Positions 14,637-29,122 of a DNA stretch of 64,000 nucleotides are shown here, in pieces. Each line of letters opens with the position of its first letter. Position 1 is the stretch's first letter. The position numbers and the translations under genes were made by a program. Source of the DNA: Escherichia coli (GTDB taxonomy: Bacteria > Pseudomonadota > Gammaproteobacteria > Enterobacterales > Enterobacteriaceae); assembly GCF_050920415.1 (NCBI RefSeq), contig NZ_CP169309.1; one strand, given 5' to 3'. The notes beneath the pieces are model-generated. The model was not told the DNA's origin and did no database searches. It was given only the letters and a program-made list of their open reading frames with translations.

Positions 14637-15107
14637 GTGAATCTTAACGCAACAATCCTCGGCCAGGCCATCGCGTTTGTCCTGTTCGTTCTGTTCTGCA
14701 TGAAGTACGTATGGCCGCCATTAATGGCAGCCATCGAAAAACGTCAAAAAGAAATTGCTGACGGCCTTGCTTCCGCAGAACGAGCACATAAGGACCTTGA
14801 CCTTGCAAAGGCCAGCGCGACCGACCAGCTGAAAAAAGCGAAAGCGGAAGCCCAGGTAATCATCGAGCAGGCGAACAAACGCCGCTCGCAGATTCTGGAC
14901 GAAGCTAAAGCTGAAGCAGAGCAGGAACGTACTAAAATCGTGGCCCAGGCGCAGGCGGAAATTGAAGCCGAGCGTAAACGTGCCCGTGAAGAGCTGCGTA
15001 AGCAAGTTGCTATCCTGGCTGTTGCTGGCGCCGAGAAGATCATCGAACGTTCCGTGGATGAAGCTGCTAACAGCGACATCGTGGATAAACTTGTCGCTGA
15101 ACTGTAA
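14637..15107 (+). CDS. atpF: F0F1 ATP synthase subunit b
   Basis: 156 aa, GTG start, single N-terminal TM helix followed by a long charged helix. Confidence 0.95.
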
Positions 15108-15121
15108 GGAGGGAGGGGCTG

Positions 15122-15655
15122 ATGTCTGAATTTATTACGGTAGCTCGCCCCTACGCCAAAGCAGCTTTTGACTTTGCCGTCGAACACCAAAGTGTAGAAC
15201 GCTGGCAGGACATGCTGGCGTTTGCCGCCGAGGTAACCAAAAACGAACAAATGGCAGAGCTTCTCTCTGGCGCGCTTGCGCCAGAAACGCTCGCCGAGTC
15301 GTTTATCGCAGTTTGTGGTGAGCAACTGGACGAAAACGGTCAGAACCTGATTCGGGTTATGGCTGAAAATGGTCGTCTTAATGCGCTCCCGGATGTTCTG
15401 GAGCAGTTTATTCACCTGCGTGCTGTGAGTGAGGCTACCGCTGAGGTAGACGTCATTTCCGCTGCCGCGTTGAGTGAACAACAGCTCGCGAAAATTTCTG
15501 CTGCGATGGAAAAACGTCTGTCACGCAAAGTTAAGCTGAATTGCAAAATCGATAAGTCTGTAATGGCAGGCGTTATCATCCGAGCGGGTGATATGGTCAT
15601 TGATGGCAGCGTACGCGGTCGTCTTGAGCGCCTTGCAGACGTCTTGCAGTCTTAA
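15122..15655 (+). CDS. atpH: F0F1 ATP synthase subunit delta
   Basis: 177 aa, operon position. Confidence 0.95.
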
Positions 15656-15667
15656 GGGGACTGGAGC

Positions 15668-17209
15668 ATGCAACTGAATTCCACCGAAATCAGCGAACTG
15701 ATCAAGCAGCGCATTGCTCAGTTCAATGTTGTGAGTGAAGCTCACAACGAAGGTACTATTGTTTCTGTAAGTGACGGTGTTATCCGCATCCACGGCCTGG
15801 CCGATTGTATGCAGGGTGAAATGATCTCCCTGCCGGGTAACCGTTACGCTATCGCACTGAACCTCGAGCGTGACTCTGTAGGTGCGGTTGTTATGGGTCC
15901 GTACGCTGACCTTGCCGAAGGCATGAAAGTTAAGTGTACTGGCCGTATCCTGGAAGTTCCGGTTGGCCGTGGCCTGCTGGGCCGTGTGGTTAACACTCTG
16001 GGTGCACCAATCGACGGTAAAGGTCCGCTGGATCACGACGGCTTCTCTGCTGTAGAAGCTATCGCCCCGGGCGTTATCGAACGTCAGTCCGTAGATCAGC
16101 CGGTACAGACCGGTTATAAAGCCGTTGACTCCATGATCCCAATCGGTCGTGGTCAGCGTGAATTGATCATCGGTGACCGTCAGACCGGTAAAACCGCACT
16201 GGCAATCGATGCCATCATTAACCAGCGCGATTCCGGTATCAAATGTATCTATGTCGCTATCGGCCAGAAAGCGTCCACTATTTCTAACGTGGTACGTAAA
16301 CTGGAAGAGCACGGCGCACTGGCTAACACCATCGTTGTGGTAGCAACCGCGTCTGAATCCGCTGCACTGCAATACCTGGCGCCGTATGCCGGTTGCGCAA
16401 TGGGTGAATACTTCCGTGACCGCGGTGAAGATGCGCTGATCATTTACGATGACCTGTCTAAACAGGCTGTTGCTTACCGTCAGATCTCCCTGCTGCTCCG
16501 TCGTCCGCCAGGACGTGAAGCATTCCCGGGCGACGTATTCTACCTCCACTCTCGTCTGCTGGAGCGTGCTGCGCGTGTTAACGCCGAATACGTTGAAGCC
16601 TTCACCAAAGGTGAAGTGAAAGGGAAAACCGGTTCTCTGACCGCGCTGCCGATTATCGAAACTCAGGCGGGTGACGTTTCTGCGTTCGTTCCGACTAACG
16701 TAATCTCCATTACCGATGGTCAGATCTTCCTGGAAACCAACCTGTTCAACGCCGGTATTCGTCCTGCGGTTAACCCGGGTATTTCCGTATCCCGTGTTGG
16801 TGGTGCAGCACAGACCAAGATCATGAAAAAACTGTCCGGTGGTATCCGTACCGCTCTGGCACAGTATCGTGAACTGGCAGCGTTCTCTCAGTTTGCATCC
16901 GACCTTGACGATGCAACACGTAAGCAGCTTGACCACGGTCAGAAAGTGACCGAACTGCTGAAACAGAAACAGTATGCGCCGATGTCCGTAGCGCAACAGT
17001 CTCTGGTTCTGTTCGCAGCAGAACGTGGTTACCTGGCGGATGTTGAACTGTCGAAAATCGGCAGCTTCGAAGCCGCTCTGCTGGCTTACGTCGACCGTGA
17101 TCACGCTCCGTTGATGCAAGAGATCAACCAGACCGGTGGCTACAACGACGAAATCGAAGGCAAGCTGAAAGGCATCCTCGATTCCTTCAAAGCAACCCAA
17201 TCCTGGTAA
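15668..17209 (+). CDS. atpA: F0F1 ATP synthase subunit alpha
   Basis: 513 aa, Walker A GDRQTGKT. Confidence 0.97.
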
Positions 17210-17259
17210 CGTCTGGCGGCTTGCCTTAGGGCAGGCCGCAAGGCATTGAGGAGAAGCTC

Positions 17260-19532
<2,273 letters not shown>

Positions 19533-19552
19533 CGCCTTAATCGGAGGGTGAT

Positions 19553-19972
19553 ATGGCAATGACTTACCACCTGGACGTCGTCAGCGCAGAGCAACAAATG
19601 TTCTCTGGTCTGGTCGAGAAAATCCAGGTAACGGGTAGCGAAGGTGAACTGGGCATTTACCCGGGCCACGCACCGCTGCTCACCGCCATTAAGCCTGGTA
19701 TGATTCGCATCGTGAAACAGCACGGTCACGAAGAGTTTATCTATCTGTCTGGCGGCATTCTTGAAGTGCAGCCTGGCAACGTGACCGTTCTGGCCGACAC
19801 CGCAATTCGCGGCCAGGATCTCGACGAAGCGCGAGCCATGGAAGCGAAACGTAAGGCTGAAGAGCACATTAGCAGCTCTCACGGCGACGTAGATTACGCT
19901 CAGGCGTCTGCGGAACTGGCCAAAGCGATCGCGCAGTTGCGCGTTATCGAGTTGACCAAAAAAGCGATGTAA
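19553..19972 (+). CDS. atpC: F0F1 ATP synthase subunit epsilon
   Basis: 139 aa, last gene of the operon. Confidence 0.95.
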
Positions 19973-19993
19973 CACCGGCTTGAAAAGCTCAAA

Positions 19994-20023
19994 AGCCAGT
20001 CTGGAAACAGACTGGCTTTTTTA
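19994..20023 (+). terminator. Rho-independent terminator of the atp operon
   Basis: Stem AGCCAGTCTG / CAGACTGGCT with GAAA loop followed by a T-tract. Confidence 0.8.
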
Positions 20024-20168
20024 TATGTATTTTGCTGATTGATACAAAAATTATATTATTCATCAAAAAGTTAGCGTCTTGTTAAGTCGTTAATTGTCAC
20101 CTTTTCTCCATAGTGATATCGTCCCTGTTGTTATTATTATTTCTATAATTATATGAGGGATCATATCT

Positions 20169-20867
20169 ATGTCTTTTAAAACGTCTTTTGAAGGTGTCCA
20201 ACCGGTTGTGATGACCGATCGCGCCACCTTTATCCGCCGTGCTTATATGCATCTGGCTGGGGCAGTTGTCGGGTTCATCATTCTCAGCGCGCTGTTTATC
20301 TTTAGTGGGCTTGGCAAAATGATGCTTAGGGTGCTGATGAACAGTGGTCAGTTTGGTTGGCTGGTGGTGCTGGGTGCTTTTATTCTGGTCAGCATGCTGG
20401 CGACTCGTCTGGCAGATAATGTGGAGTCTAATCAGACCCAACTGATTGGACTGGGGATATACGTACTGGCAGAAGCGTTAATTTTTGCACCTTTACTGAC
20501 ACTGGCAGCGTATATTAATCCAGCAATTATTGGCGCGGCGGGCATCACCACAGCACTGCTTGTGGGGGGTCTGACATTCACTGCCTTCACGACCAAAAAA
20601 GATTTCTCTTTCATGCGTTCGTTTTTAACCATGGCGGGCTTTATCGCTTTCGGTGCCATTATCGCGAGCATTTTTATGGGATTCTCACTGGGCGTCTGGT
20701 TCTCGGCGGCAATGGTGCTGTTGTGTGCTGGCTTCGTGCTGTACGACACGTCTAATATTATTCATCATTATCCTACCGATCGTCCGGCAGGCGCGGCGCT
20801 ACATCTCTTCGCCTCTATCGCTACCATGTTCTGGTATGTTCTGCGCATTTTCATGTCCCGCGATTAA
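20169..20867 (+). CDS. BI-1/YccA-family (Bax inhibitor-1-like) inner membrane protein
   Basis: 232 aa with about 7 predicted TM helices and a charged C-terminal tail; preceded by a very AT-rich promoter region; located between atpC and glmU, which I recall as adjacent in K-12. Confidence 0.6.
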   Translation: MSFKTSFEGVQPVVMTDRATFIRRAYMHLAGAVVGFIILSALFIFSGLGKMMLRVLMNSGQFGWLVVLGAFILVSMLATRLADNVESNQTQLIGLGIYVLAEALIFAPLLTLAAYINPAIIGAAGITTALLVGGLTFTAFTTKKDFSFMRSFLTMAGFIAFGAIIASIFMGFSLGVWFSAAMVLLCAGFVLYDTSNIIHHYPTDRPAGAALHLFASIATMFWYVLRIFMSRD

Positions 20868-20880
20868 CCCTGCTTGTATA

Positions 20881-20907
20881 AACCAGCGAAATTATTCGCT
20901 GGTTTTC
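20881..20907 (+). terminator. Rho-independent terminator after the BI-1-family gene
   Basis: ACCAGCGAA-ATT-ATTCGCTGGT hairpin followed by TTTTCCCGTTTATTT. Confidence 0.7.
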
Positions 20908-21142
20908 CCGTTTATTTATTGATCGAAATAAGAGCAAAAACATCCACCTGACGCTTAAATGAAGGTACTGCCTTAATTTTCTGCAGACAAAAGGCGTGAC
21001 GATGGTCGAAAATGGCACTTTCGTCAGCGGGGATAATCCGTTATTGAACAATTTATCCTCTGTCCATTTCACGATGAAAAAAATGTAGTTTTTTCAAGGT
21101 GAAGCGGTTTAAATTCGTTCTCAAATTACAGTCAGGACGCGT

Positions 21143-22513
21143 ATGTTGAATAATGCTATGAGCGTAGTGATCCTTGCCGCAGGTAAAGGCACGCGCATGT
21201 ATTCCGATCTTCCGAAAGTGCTGCATACCCTTGCCGGGAAAGCGATGGTTCAGCATGTCATTGATGCTGCGAATGAATTAGGCGCAGCGGACGTTCACCT
21301 GGTGTACGGTCACGGCGGCGATCTGCTTAAACAGGCGCTGAAAGACGATAACCTGAACTGGGTGCTTCAGGCAGAACAGCTGGGTACGGGCCATGCAATG
21401 CAGCAAGCCGCACCTTTTTTTGCCGATGACGAAGACATTTTAATGCTCTACGGCGACGTGCCGCTGATCTCTGTTGAAACACTCCAGCGCCTGCGTGATG
21501 CGAAACCGCAGGGTGGCATTGGTCTGCTGACGGTTAAACTGGATGATCCGACCGGTTATGGACGTATCACCCGTGAAAACGGCAAAGTTACCGGCATTGT
21601 TGAGCACAAAGATGCCACCGACGAGCAGCGTCAGATTCAGGAGATCAACACCGGCATTCTGATCGCCAACGGCGCAGATATGAAACGCTGGCTGGCTAAA
21701 CTGACCAACAATAACGCGCAGGGCGAATACTACATCACCGATATTATTGCGCTGGCGTATCAGGAAGGACGTGAAATTGTTGCCGTTCATCCGCAACGTT
21801 TAAGCGAAGTAGAAGGCGTGAATAACCGCCTGCAACTCTCGCGTCTGGAGCGTGTTTATCAATCCGAACAAGCTGAAAAACTGCTGTTAGCAGGCGTTAT
21901 GCTGCGCGATCCGGCGCGTTTTGATCTGCGCGGTACGCTTACTCACGGGCGCGATGTTGAAATTGATACTAACGTTATCATCGAGGGCAACGTGACTCTC
22001 GGTAATCGCGTGAAAATCGGCACCGGTTGCGTGATTAAAAACAGCGTGATTGGCGATGATTGCGAAATTAGCCCGTATACCGTTGTGGAAGATGCGAATC
22101 TGGCAGCGGCCTGTACCATTGGCCCGTTTGCCCGTCTGCGTCCTGGTGCTGAGTTGCTGGAAGGCGCACACGTCGGTAACTTCGTTGAGATGAAAAAAGC
22201 GCGTCTGGGTAAAGGCTCGAAAGCCGGTCATCTGACTTACCTGGGGGATGCGGAAATTGGCGATAACGTCAACATCGGCGCAGGAACCATTACCTGCAAC
22301 TACGATGGTGCGAATAAATTTAAAACCATTATTGGCGACGATGTGTTTGTTGGATCCGATACTCAGCTGGTGGCCCCGGTAACGGTAGGCAAAGGCGCAA
22401 CCATTGCTGCGGGTACAACTGTGACGCGTAATGTTGGCGAAAATGCTCTGGCAATCAGCCGTGTGCCGCAGTCGCAAAAAGAAGGCTGGCGTCGTCCGGT
22501 AAAGAAAAAGTAA
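21143..22513 (+). CDS. glmU: Bifunctional GlcNAc-1-P uridyltransferase / GlcN-1-P acetyltransferase
   Basis: 456 aa; N-terminal nucleotidyltransferase motif LAAGKGTRM and C-terminal hexapeptide repeats. Confidence 0.95.
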   Translation: MLNNAMSVVILAAGKGTRMYSDLPKVLHTLAGKAMVQHVIDAANELGAADVHLVYGHGGDLLKQALKDDNLNWVLQAEQLGTGHAMQQAAPFFADDEDILMLYGDVPLISVETLQRLRDAKPQGGIGLLTVKLDDPTGYGRITRENGKVTGIVEHKDATDEQRQIQEINTGILIANGADMKRWLAKLTNNNAQGEYYITDIIALAYQEGREIVAVHPQRLSEVEGVNNRLQLSRLERVYQSEQAEKLLLAGVMLRDPARFDLRGTLTHGRDVEIDTNVIIEGNVTLGNRVKIGTGCVIKNSVIGDDCEISPYTVVEDANLAAACTIGPFARLRPGAELLEGAHVGNFVEMKKARLGKGSKAGHLTYLGDAEIGDNVNIGAGTITCNYDGANKFKTIIGDDVFVGSDTQLVAPVTVGKGATIAAGTTVTRNVGENALAISRVPQSQKEGWRRPVKKK

Positions 22514-22674
22514 TTCTGGCTGGGTAATCCGGCCATATGGGGTGAGGAGATAACATAATCTCCCGCCCACAAGCAGTAACTATAAAAATAACCCCACTCT
22601 CTACAAAGGCTCGGGGCGCCCGAAAAACGGGCATACAGGTTGACCGACAACGATATAAATCGGAATCAAAAACT

Positions 22675-24504
22675 ATGTGTGGAATTGTTGGCGCGATCGC
22701 GCAACGTGATGTAGCAGAAATCCTTCTTGAAGGTTTACGTCGTCTGGAATACCGCGGATATGACTCTGCCGGTCTGGCGGTTGTAGATGCAGAAGGTCAT
22801 ATGACCCGCCTGCGTCGCCTCGGTAAAGTCCAGATGCTGGCCCAGGCAGCGGAAGAACATCCTCTGCATGGCGGCACCGGGATTGCTCACACTCGCTGGG
22901 CGACGCACGGCGAACCTTCAGAAGTGAATGCGCATCCGCATGTTTCTGAACACATTGTGGTGGTGCATAACGGCATCATCGAAAACCATGAACCGCTGCG
23001 TGAAGCGTTAAAAGCACGTGGCTATACCTTTGTTTCTGAAACCGACACCGAAGTGATTGCACACCTGGTGAACTGGGAACTGAAACAAGGCGGTACTCTG
23101 CGTGAGGCTGTTCTGCGTGCTATTCCGCAACTGCGCGGCGCGTACGGTACGGTAATTATGGACTCCCGTCACCCGGATACCCTGCTGGCGGCTCGTTCTG
23201 GTAGCCCGCTGGTGATTGGCCTGGGCATGGGCGAAAACTTTATTGCTTCTGACCAGTTGGCGCTGTTGCCAGTGACCCGTCGCTTTATCTTCCTTGAAGA
23301 AGGCGATATTGCGGAAATCACTCGCCGTTCGGTAAACATCTTCGATAAAACTGGCGCGGAAGTGAAACGTCAGGATATCGAATCCAATCTGCAATATGAC
23401 GCGGGCGATAAAGGTATTTACCGCCACTACATGCAGAAAGAGATCTACGAACAGCCGAACGCGATCAAAAATACCCTTACCGGGCGCATCAGCCACGGTC
23501 AGGTTGATTTGAGCGAGCTGGGACCGAACGCCGACGAACTGCTGTCGAAGGTTGAGCATATTCAGATCCTCGCCTGTGGTACTTCTTACAACTCCGGTAT
23601 GGTTTCCCGCTACTGGTTTGAAGCGCTGGCAGGTATTCCGTGCGATGTTGAAATCGCCTCTGAATTCCGCTATCGCAAATCAGCCGTGCGTCGTAACAGC
23701 CTGATGATCACTCTGTCGCAGTCCGGTGAAACCGCGGATACCCTGGCGGGTCTGCGTCTGTCAAAAGAATTGGGTTACCTTGGATCGCTGGCAATCTGTA
23801 ACGTTCCTGGCTCTTCGCTGGTACGTGAATCCGATTTGGCGCTGATGACCAATGCGGGTACGGAAATTGGCGTGGCGTCCACCAAAGCATTCACCACTCA
23901 GTTAACCGTGTTGTTGATGCTGGTGGCGAAGCTGTCTCGCCTGAAAGGTCTCGATGCCTCCATTGAGCATGATATCGTGCATGGTCTGCAGGCGTTACCG
24001 AGCCGTATTGAGCAGATGCTGTCTCAGGACAAACGCATTGAAGCTCTGGCAGAAGATTTCTCTGACAAACACCACGCGCTGTTCCTGGGCCGTGGCGATC
24101 AGTACCCAATCGCGCTGGAAGGCGCATTGAAGCTGAAAGAGATCTCTTATATTCATGCGGAAGCCTACGCAGCAGGCGAACTGAAACACGGTCCGCTGGC
24201 GCTGATTGACGCGGATATGCCGGTTATCGTCGTCGCACCGAACAACGAATTGCTGGAAAAACTGAAATCCAACATTGAAGAAGTTCGCGCGCGTGGCGGT
24301 CAGTTGTATGTCTTTGCCGATCAGGATGCTGGTTTTGTGAGCAGTGATAACATGCACATCATCGAGATGCCACATGTAGAAGAGGTGATTGCACCGATCT
24401 TCTACACCGTTCCTCTGCAGTTGCTGGCCTATCACGTTGCTCTGATTAAGGGCACTGACGTTGACCAGCCACGTAATCTGGCAAAATCGGTAACGGTTGA
24501 GTAA
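22675..24504 (+). CDS. glmS: Glutamine--fructose-6-phosphate aminotransferase
   Basis: 609 aa, N-terminal MCGIVGA glutaminase motif and SIS domains; hairpin plus T-tract at about 24521..24552 downstream. Confidence 0.97.
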   Translation: MCGIVGAIAQRDVAEILLEGLRRLEYRGYDSAGLAVVDAEGHMTRLRRLGKVQMLAQAAEEHPLHGGTGIAHTRWATHGEPSEVNAHPHVSEHIVVVHNGIIENHEPLREALKARGYTFVSETDTEVIAHLVNWELKQGGTLREAVLRAIPQLRGAYGTVIMDSRHPDTLLAARSGSPLVIGLGMGENFIASDQLALLPVTRRFIFLEEGDIAEITRRSVNIFDKTGAEVKRQDIESNLQYDAGDKGIYRHYMQKEIYEQPNAIKNTLTGRISHGQVDLSELGPNADELLSKVEHIQILACGTSYNSGMVSRYWFEALAGIPCDVEIASEFRYRKSAVRRNSLMITLSQSGETADTLAGLRLSKELGYLGSLAICNVPGSSLVRESDLALMTNAGTEIGVASTKAFTTQLTVLLMLVAKLSRLKGLDASIEHDIVHGLQALPSRIEQMLSQDKRIEALAEDFSDKHHALFLGRGDQYPIALEGALKLKEISYIHAEAYAAGELKHGPLALIDADMPVIVVAPNNELLEKLKSNIEEVRARGGQLYVFADQDAGFVSSDNMHIIEMPHVEEVIAPIFYTVPLQLLAYHVALIKGTDVDQPRNLAKSVTVE

Positions 24505-24809
24505 TTTTCATCATTGATATAAAAGGGCTGCCGACGGGCGGCCTTTTTTATAAAGTGTATCAACGATTTATTATTGATGTACAAATTAATATAAATATAT
24601 TCTGAATTATTGGTGATGTCCTATTACGCACTTGATTTTTTACTGTTTTAATAATATTTATATAATAAATTTATATTTAATTTCGCATAATTAATATTAT
24701 TTTTAGATAAAAATACCCCTTTGGTGTACTATGCCTTTGAATCATAAAATCACTTATTAATTTAAGTTATGATTTAGACTGAAGGATATATTATATCAAT
24801 GGAGTTTGT

Positions 24810-25382
24810 ATGAAACGTAATATTATTGGCGGTGCAATTACGCTGGCATCTTTAATGTTAGCCGGAAATGCACTTGCAGAAGATGGCGTTGTTCACTTTG
24901 TCGGTGAAATTGTCGATAGCACATGCGAAGTGACTTCCGATACCGCCGATCAAACAGTACCTCTTGGTAAGGTCAGTAAAAGTGCGTTTTCAGGAGTAGG
25001 CAGCCTGGCGTCACCACAGCAATTTAGTATTAAACTGGAAAATTGCCCAGCAACCTATACTCAGGCAGCCGTCCGTTTCGATGGTACTGAAGCACCTGGC
25101 GGAGACGGTGACCTGAAAGTGGGTACACCGCTGACATCGGGTACACCTGGCGATTTTACCGGTACAGGGCAAGCGATTGCGGCAACCGGCGTCGGTATTC
25201 GTATTTTTAACCGGGCGGATAATTCTCAGGTTAAACTTTATAACGACTCTGCTTATAGCACAATCGACGCTGACGGTAAGGCTGAAATGAAGTTTATTGC
25301 ACGCTATGTTGCTACCAATACGACCGTAACGGCGGGTACAGCAAACGCGGATTCACAATTCACCGTCGAATATAAGAAATAA
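24810..25382 (+). CDS. lpfA: Fimbrial major subunit (long polar fimbria-like)
   Basis: 190 aa with signal peptide and conserved Cys pair; first gene of a chaperone-usher cluster between glmS and pstS, the position I recall for the lpf2-type operon in O157-like strains. Symbol assigned by position, not by sequence search. Confidence 0.55.
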   Translation: MKRNIIGGAITLASLMLAGNALAEDGVVHFVGEIVDSTCEVTSDTADQTVPLGKVSKSAFSGVGSLASPQQFSIKLENCPATYTQAAVRFDGTEAPGGDGDLKVGTPLTSGTPGDFTGTGQAIAATGVGIRIFNRADNSQVKLYNDSAYSTIDADGKAEMKFIARYVATNTTVTAGTANADSQFTVEYKK

Positions 25383-25429
25383 TTAATACAGGGCCTTTTT
25401 ATTCAGTTGGCTTTGGCCAGGGAGTCGTT

Positions 25430-26161
25430 ATGTCCAGAAAAAGTTGTTTAATCAGGCTCTTTAAAACAACAATTTCGTGTAATTTATTGAGGATTATTAT
25501 TCTAAGCATCTTTTTCCTCCAGCCGACATTGACCTGTGCAGGTGTTGTCATTGGCGGTACACGGGTTGTTTATTTGAGTAATAATGCTGATAAATCTATT
25601 TCTGTATTTAGTAAGGAAGAAAAAATTCCTTATCTCATCCAGGCATGGGTGGATCCGTTTAATAAAGATGATAAAACTAAAGCGCCATTTATTGTTATTC
25701 CTCCGGTATCACGGTTAGAACCCGCGCAAGAAAAAATATTACGTATTGTCCATACTAAAGGTTTGTCATTACCAGAGGATCGAGAGTCTGTCTTCTGGCT
25801 AAATATCAAAAATATTCCACCCTCTGCGAGCAGCAAAGAAGCGAACTCGCTGGAAATCGCCGTTAAAACGCGAATTAAGCTGTTCTGGAGACCGGCATCT
25901 ATCCGCATGATTCCCGAAGATGCCGCACCAAAGGTGAAGTGGCATCGGGAAGGCCGAAATCTTATTGCTGAGAACCCTAACCCGATTCATATCAGCGTGA
26001 TGGATGTCATTGTTGATGGCCATGATGTACCTCTTAACATGATCCGCCCTTTCGAGACGCTCACGTTACCGTTGCCTGCTAATTCTTCGGGTAGCCAAAT
26101 GACCTGGCGATTTATTAATGATTACGGCGCGATAAGCGAACCATTAAAGCAAGCGTTGTAA
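25430..26161 (+). CDS. lpfB: Periplasmic fimbrial chaperone (PapD-like)
   Basis: 243 aa with signal peptide; second gene of the cluster. Confidence 0.6.
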   Translation: MSRKSCLIRLFKTTISCNLLRIIILSIFFLQPTLTCAGVVIGGTRVVYLSNNADKSISVFSKEEKIPYLIQAWVDPFNKDDKTKAPFIVIPPVSRLEPAQEKILRIVHTKGLSLPEDRESVFWLNIKNIPPSASSKEANSLEIAVKTRIKLFWRPASIRMIPEDAAPKVKWHREGRNLIAENPNPIHISVMDVIVDGHDVPLNMIRPFETLTLPLPANSSGSQMTWRFINDYGAISEPLKQAL

Positions 26162-27893
26162 GCATTGCATAAGGATAGGCGAATTATGGTTACGACCAGA
26201 ATAGCGGTTGGTCTGACGGCAGGGACATGTCTCGTTTTCTCGCAAAGCCTGATGGCCGAGGTCAGCGTATTTAATCCGGCGCTGCTGGAAATAGACCATC
26301 AATCCGGAGTCGATATTCGCCAGTTTAACAAAGCGAATCACATACCTCCCGGCGCCTACAGTGTTGATATTTTTATCAATGGCAAAATGTTCGAGCGTCA
26401 GGATGTCACTTTTGTTCAGGATAACCCTGATGCCGATCTGCACGCCTGCTTTGTCGCGATTAAAAAAAAGCTGACTTCCTTTGGTGTAAAAGTTGACGCG
26501 CTGAAATCGCTCAATAAGGTGGATGACAATGCCTGTATTGACCCTGCACCACGCATTGAAGGCTCAACCTGGCAACTGGACGGCGATAAGCTGCAACTGA
26601 ATATCACCATTCCCCAGATCTATATGGATGCGATGGCTTACGATTACATAAGCCCCACGCGTTGGGATGAGGGAATTAACGCACTGACTATCAACTACGA
26701 TTTTTCCGGTTCACATACTCTGCGCTCGGATTACAACTCACAGGAGACCGATACCAGTTATCTCAACCTGCGTAACGGACTCAATATTGGGCCGTGGCGA
26801 CTCCGCAATTACAGCACCTTGAACACCACCGATGGTCGTGCGGAATACAACTCTATCAGTACCTGGATACAACGTGATATTGCTGCGTTAAGAAGCCAGA
26901 TTATGATTGGCGATACGTGGACGGCGAGCGATATTTTCGACAGCACGCAAATCCGTGGTGCACGACTTTATACTGATAAAGATATGTTACCCGCCAGCCA
27001 GAATGGCTTTGCGCCTGTGGTTCGTGGGATTGCAAAATCCAACGCCACCGTCATCATTCGACAGAACGGCTACGTAATTTATCAGTCAGCCGTGCCACAA
27101 GGTGCCTTTGAAATCACCGACCTCAATACTGCCAGCTCAGGCGGCGACCTGGACGTGACTATCAAGGAAGAAGATGGTAGTGAACAACGATTCACCCAGC
27201 CTTATGCGTCGCTGGCAATCCTCAAACGTGAAGGTCAGACCGATGTAGATGTTAGCGTGGGGGAGCTGCGCGATGAAGATGGTTTTACTCCTGACGTGCT
27301 TCAGGCACAGATCCTTCATGGCTTGCCCCACGGTTTTACCTTGTATGGTGGCGTACAGGCTGCTGAAAAGTATGGTTCTGTTGCTTTGGGGGTAGGTAAA
27401 GATCTCGGTTCTCTGGGAGCCATCTCTTTAGATGCGACACATGCCAGAGCGAAATTTGCAGATGATGATACGGAAACGGGTCAGTCATATCGTTTTCTGT
27501 ATTCAAAACGTTTTGACGATACAGACACCAGCTTACGCCTGGTTGGCTATCGTTACTCCACCGAAGGCTACTATACCCTCAATGAATGGGCATCCCGGCA
27601 AAATAGTCCAGAAGATTTCTGGCAAACCGGAAACCGTCGCAGCCGTGTGGAAGGAACGTTAACGCAATCGCTGGGCAGAGATTATGGCAACTTATACCTG
27701 ACATTAAGCCGCCAGCAATATTGGCACACAGATGATGTCGAACGATTAATCCAATTTGGTTACAGCAGTAGCTGGAAGCGACTCTCGTGGAACGTCTCGT
27801 GGAGTTATTCCAATACGGCCCGGCAAGGGACGAGTAATAGTTATGCCAGTGATAACACCAGCGAACAAATCTACATGCTCTCTGGATTTGCCC

Positions 27894-28799
27894 CTATATT
27901 TCCAGACATCTGTTATCACTTAACCCATTACAAGCCCGCTGCCGCAGATATTCCCGTGGCGAGCGATAACCCAGCGCACTATGCGGATGCCATTCGTTAT
28001 AATGCTCGAACGCCTCTGCAAGGTTCTTTGCTGCCGTTAACCCGTCTGGTTTGGGCATGATACTGATGTAGTCACGCTTTATCGTTTTCACGAAGCTCTC
28101 TGCTATTCCGTTACTCTCCGGACTCCGCACCGCCGTGTTCTTCGGTTCAAGTCCCAACATCCGGGCGAACTGGCGTGTTTCATTAGCCCGGTAGCATGAA
28201 CCATTATCCGTCAGCCACTCCACTGGAGACGACGGAAGATCGTTGCCGAAGCGGCGTTCCACCGCTCCCAGCATGACGTCCTGTACTGTTTCACTGTTGA
28301 AGCCGCCAGTAGTCACCGCCCAGTGCAGTGCCTCACGATCACAGCAGTCCAGCGCGAACGTGACACGCAGTCTCTCTCCGTTATCACAGCAGAACTCGAA
28401 CCCGTCAGAGCACCATCGCTGATTGCTTTCTTTCACGGCCACTCTGCCTGTATGTGCCCGTTTCGATGGCGGTACAGCAGGTTTTCGCTCAAGCAACAGC
28501 GCATTCTGGCGCATGATCCGGTAAACACGTTTGGCATTGATTGCAGGCATACCATCAAGTTCTGCCTGTCTGCGAAGCAGCGCCCATACCCGACGATAAC
28601 CATACGTGGGCAGCTCTCCGATAACATGGTGTATACGGAGAAGCACATCCGTATCATCAGTGTGACGACTGCGGCGGCCATCCATCCAGTCATCGGTTCG
28701 TCTGAGAATGACGTGCAACTGCGCACGCGACACCCGGAGACAACGGCTGACTAAGCTTACTCCCCATCCCCGGGCAATAAGGGCGCGTGCGCTATCCAC
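27894..28799 (-). CDS. insD: IS2 transposase OrfB (InsD)
   Basis: 301 aa ORF inside IS2, DDE integrase-core fold. Confidence 0.9.
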
Positions 28800-29122
28800 T
28801 TTTTTGCCCGTCCATATTCAACGGCTTCTTTGAGGAGTTCATTTTCCATCGTTTTCTTGCCGAGCAGGCGCTGGAGTTCTTTAATCTGCTTCATGGCGGC
28901 AGCAAGTTCAGAGGCAGGAACAACCTGTTCTCCGGCGGCGACAGCAGTAAGACTTCCTTCCTGGTATTGCTTACGCCAGAGAAATAACTGGCTGGCTGCT
29001 ACACCATGTTGCCGGGCAACGAGGGAGACCGTCATCCCCGGTTCAAAGCTCTGCTGAACAATTGCGATCTTTTCCTGTGTGGTACGCCGTCTGCGTTTCT
29101 CCGGCCCTAAGACATCAATCAT
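28757..29122 (-). CDS. insC: IS2 transposase OrfA (InsC)
   Basis: 121 aa HTH protein starting [13 protein letters not shown]; overlaps insD in the -1 frame. Confidence 0.9.

Noticed and set aside
15521-17200. 559-aa ORF on the minus strand
   Set aside because: Lies entirely antisense to atpA, a highly conserved gene with strong codon structure; low-complexity translation with no recognisable domains. Read as a frame artefact.
21887-22570. 227-aa minus-strand ORF
   Set aside because: Antisense to the glmU hexapeptide-repeat region; artefact.
24505-24809. Very AT-rich, repeat-like tract upstream of the fimbrial operon, considered as a possible CRISPR leader or invertible switch
   Set aside because: No regularly spaced direct repeats and no flanking inverted repeats of the fim-switch type; read as an AT-rich, probably H-NS-bound promoter region.
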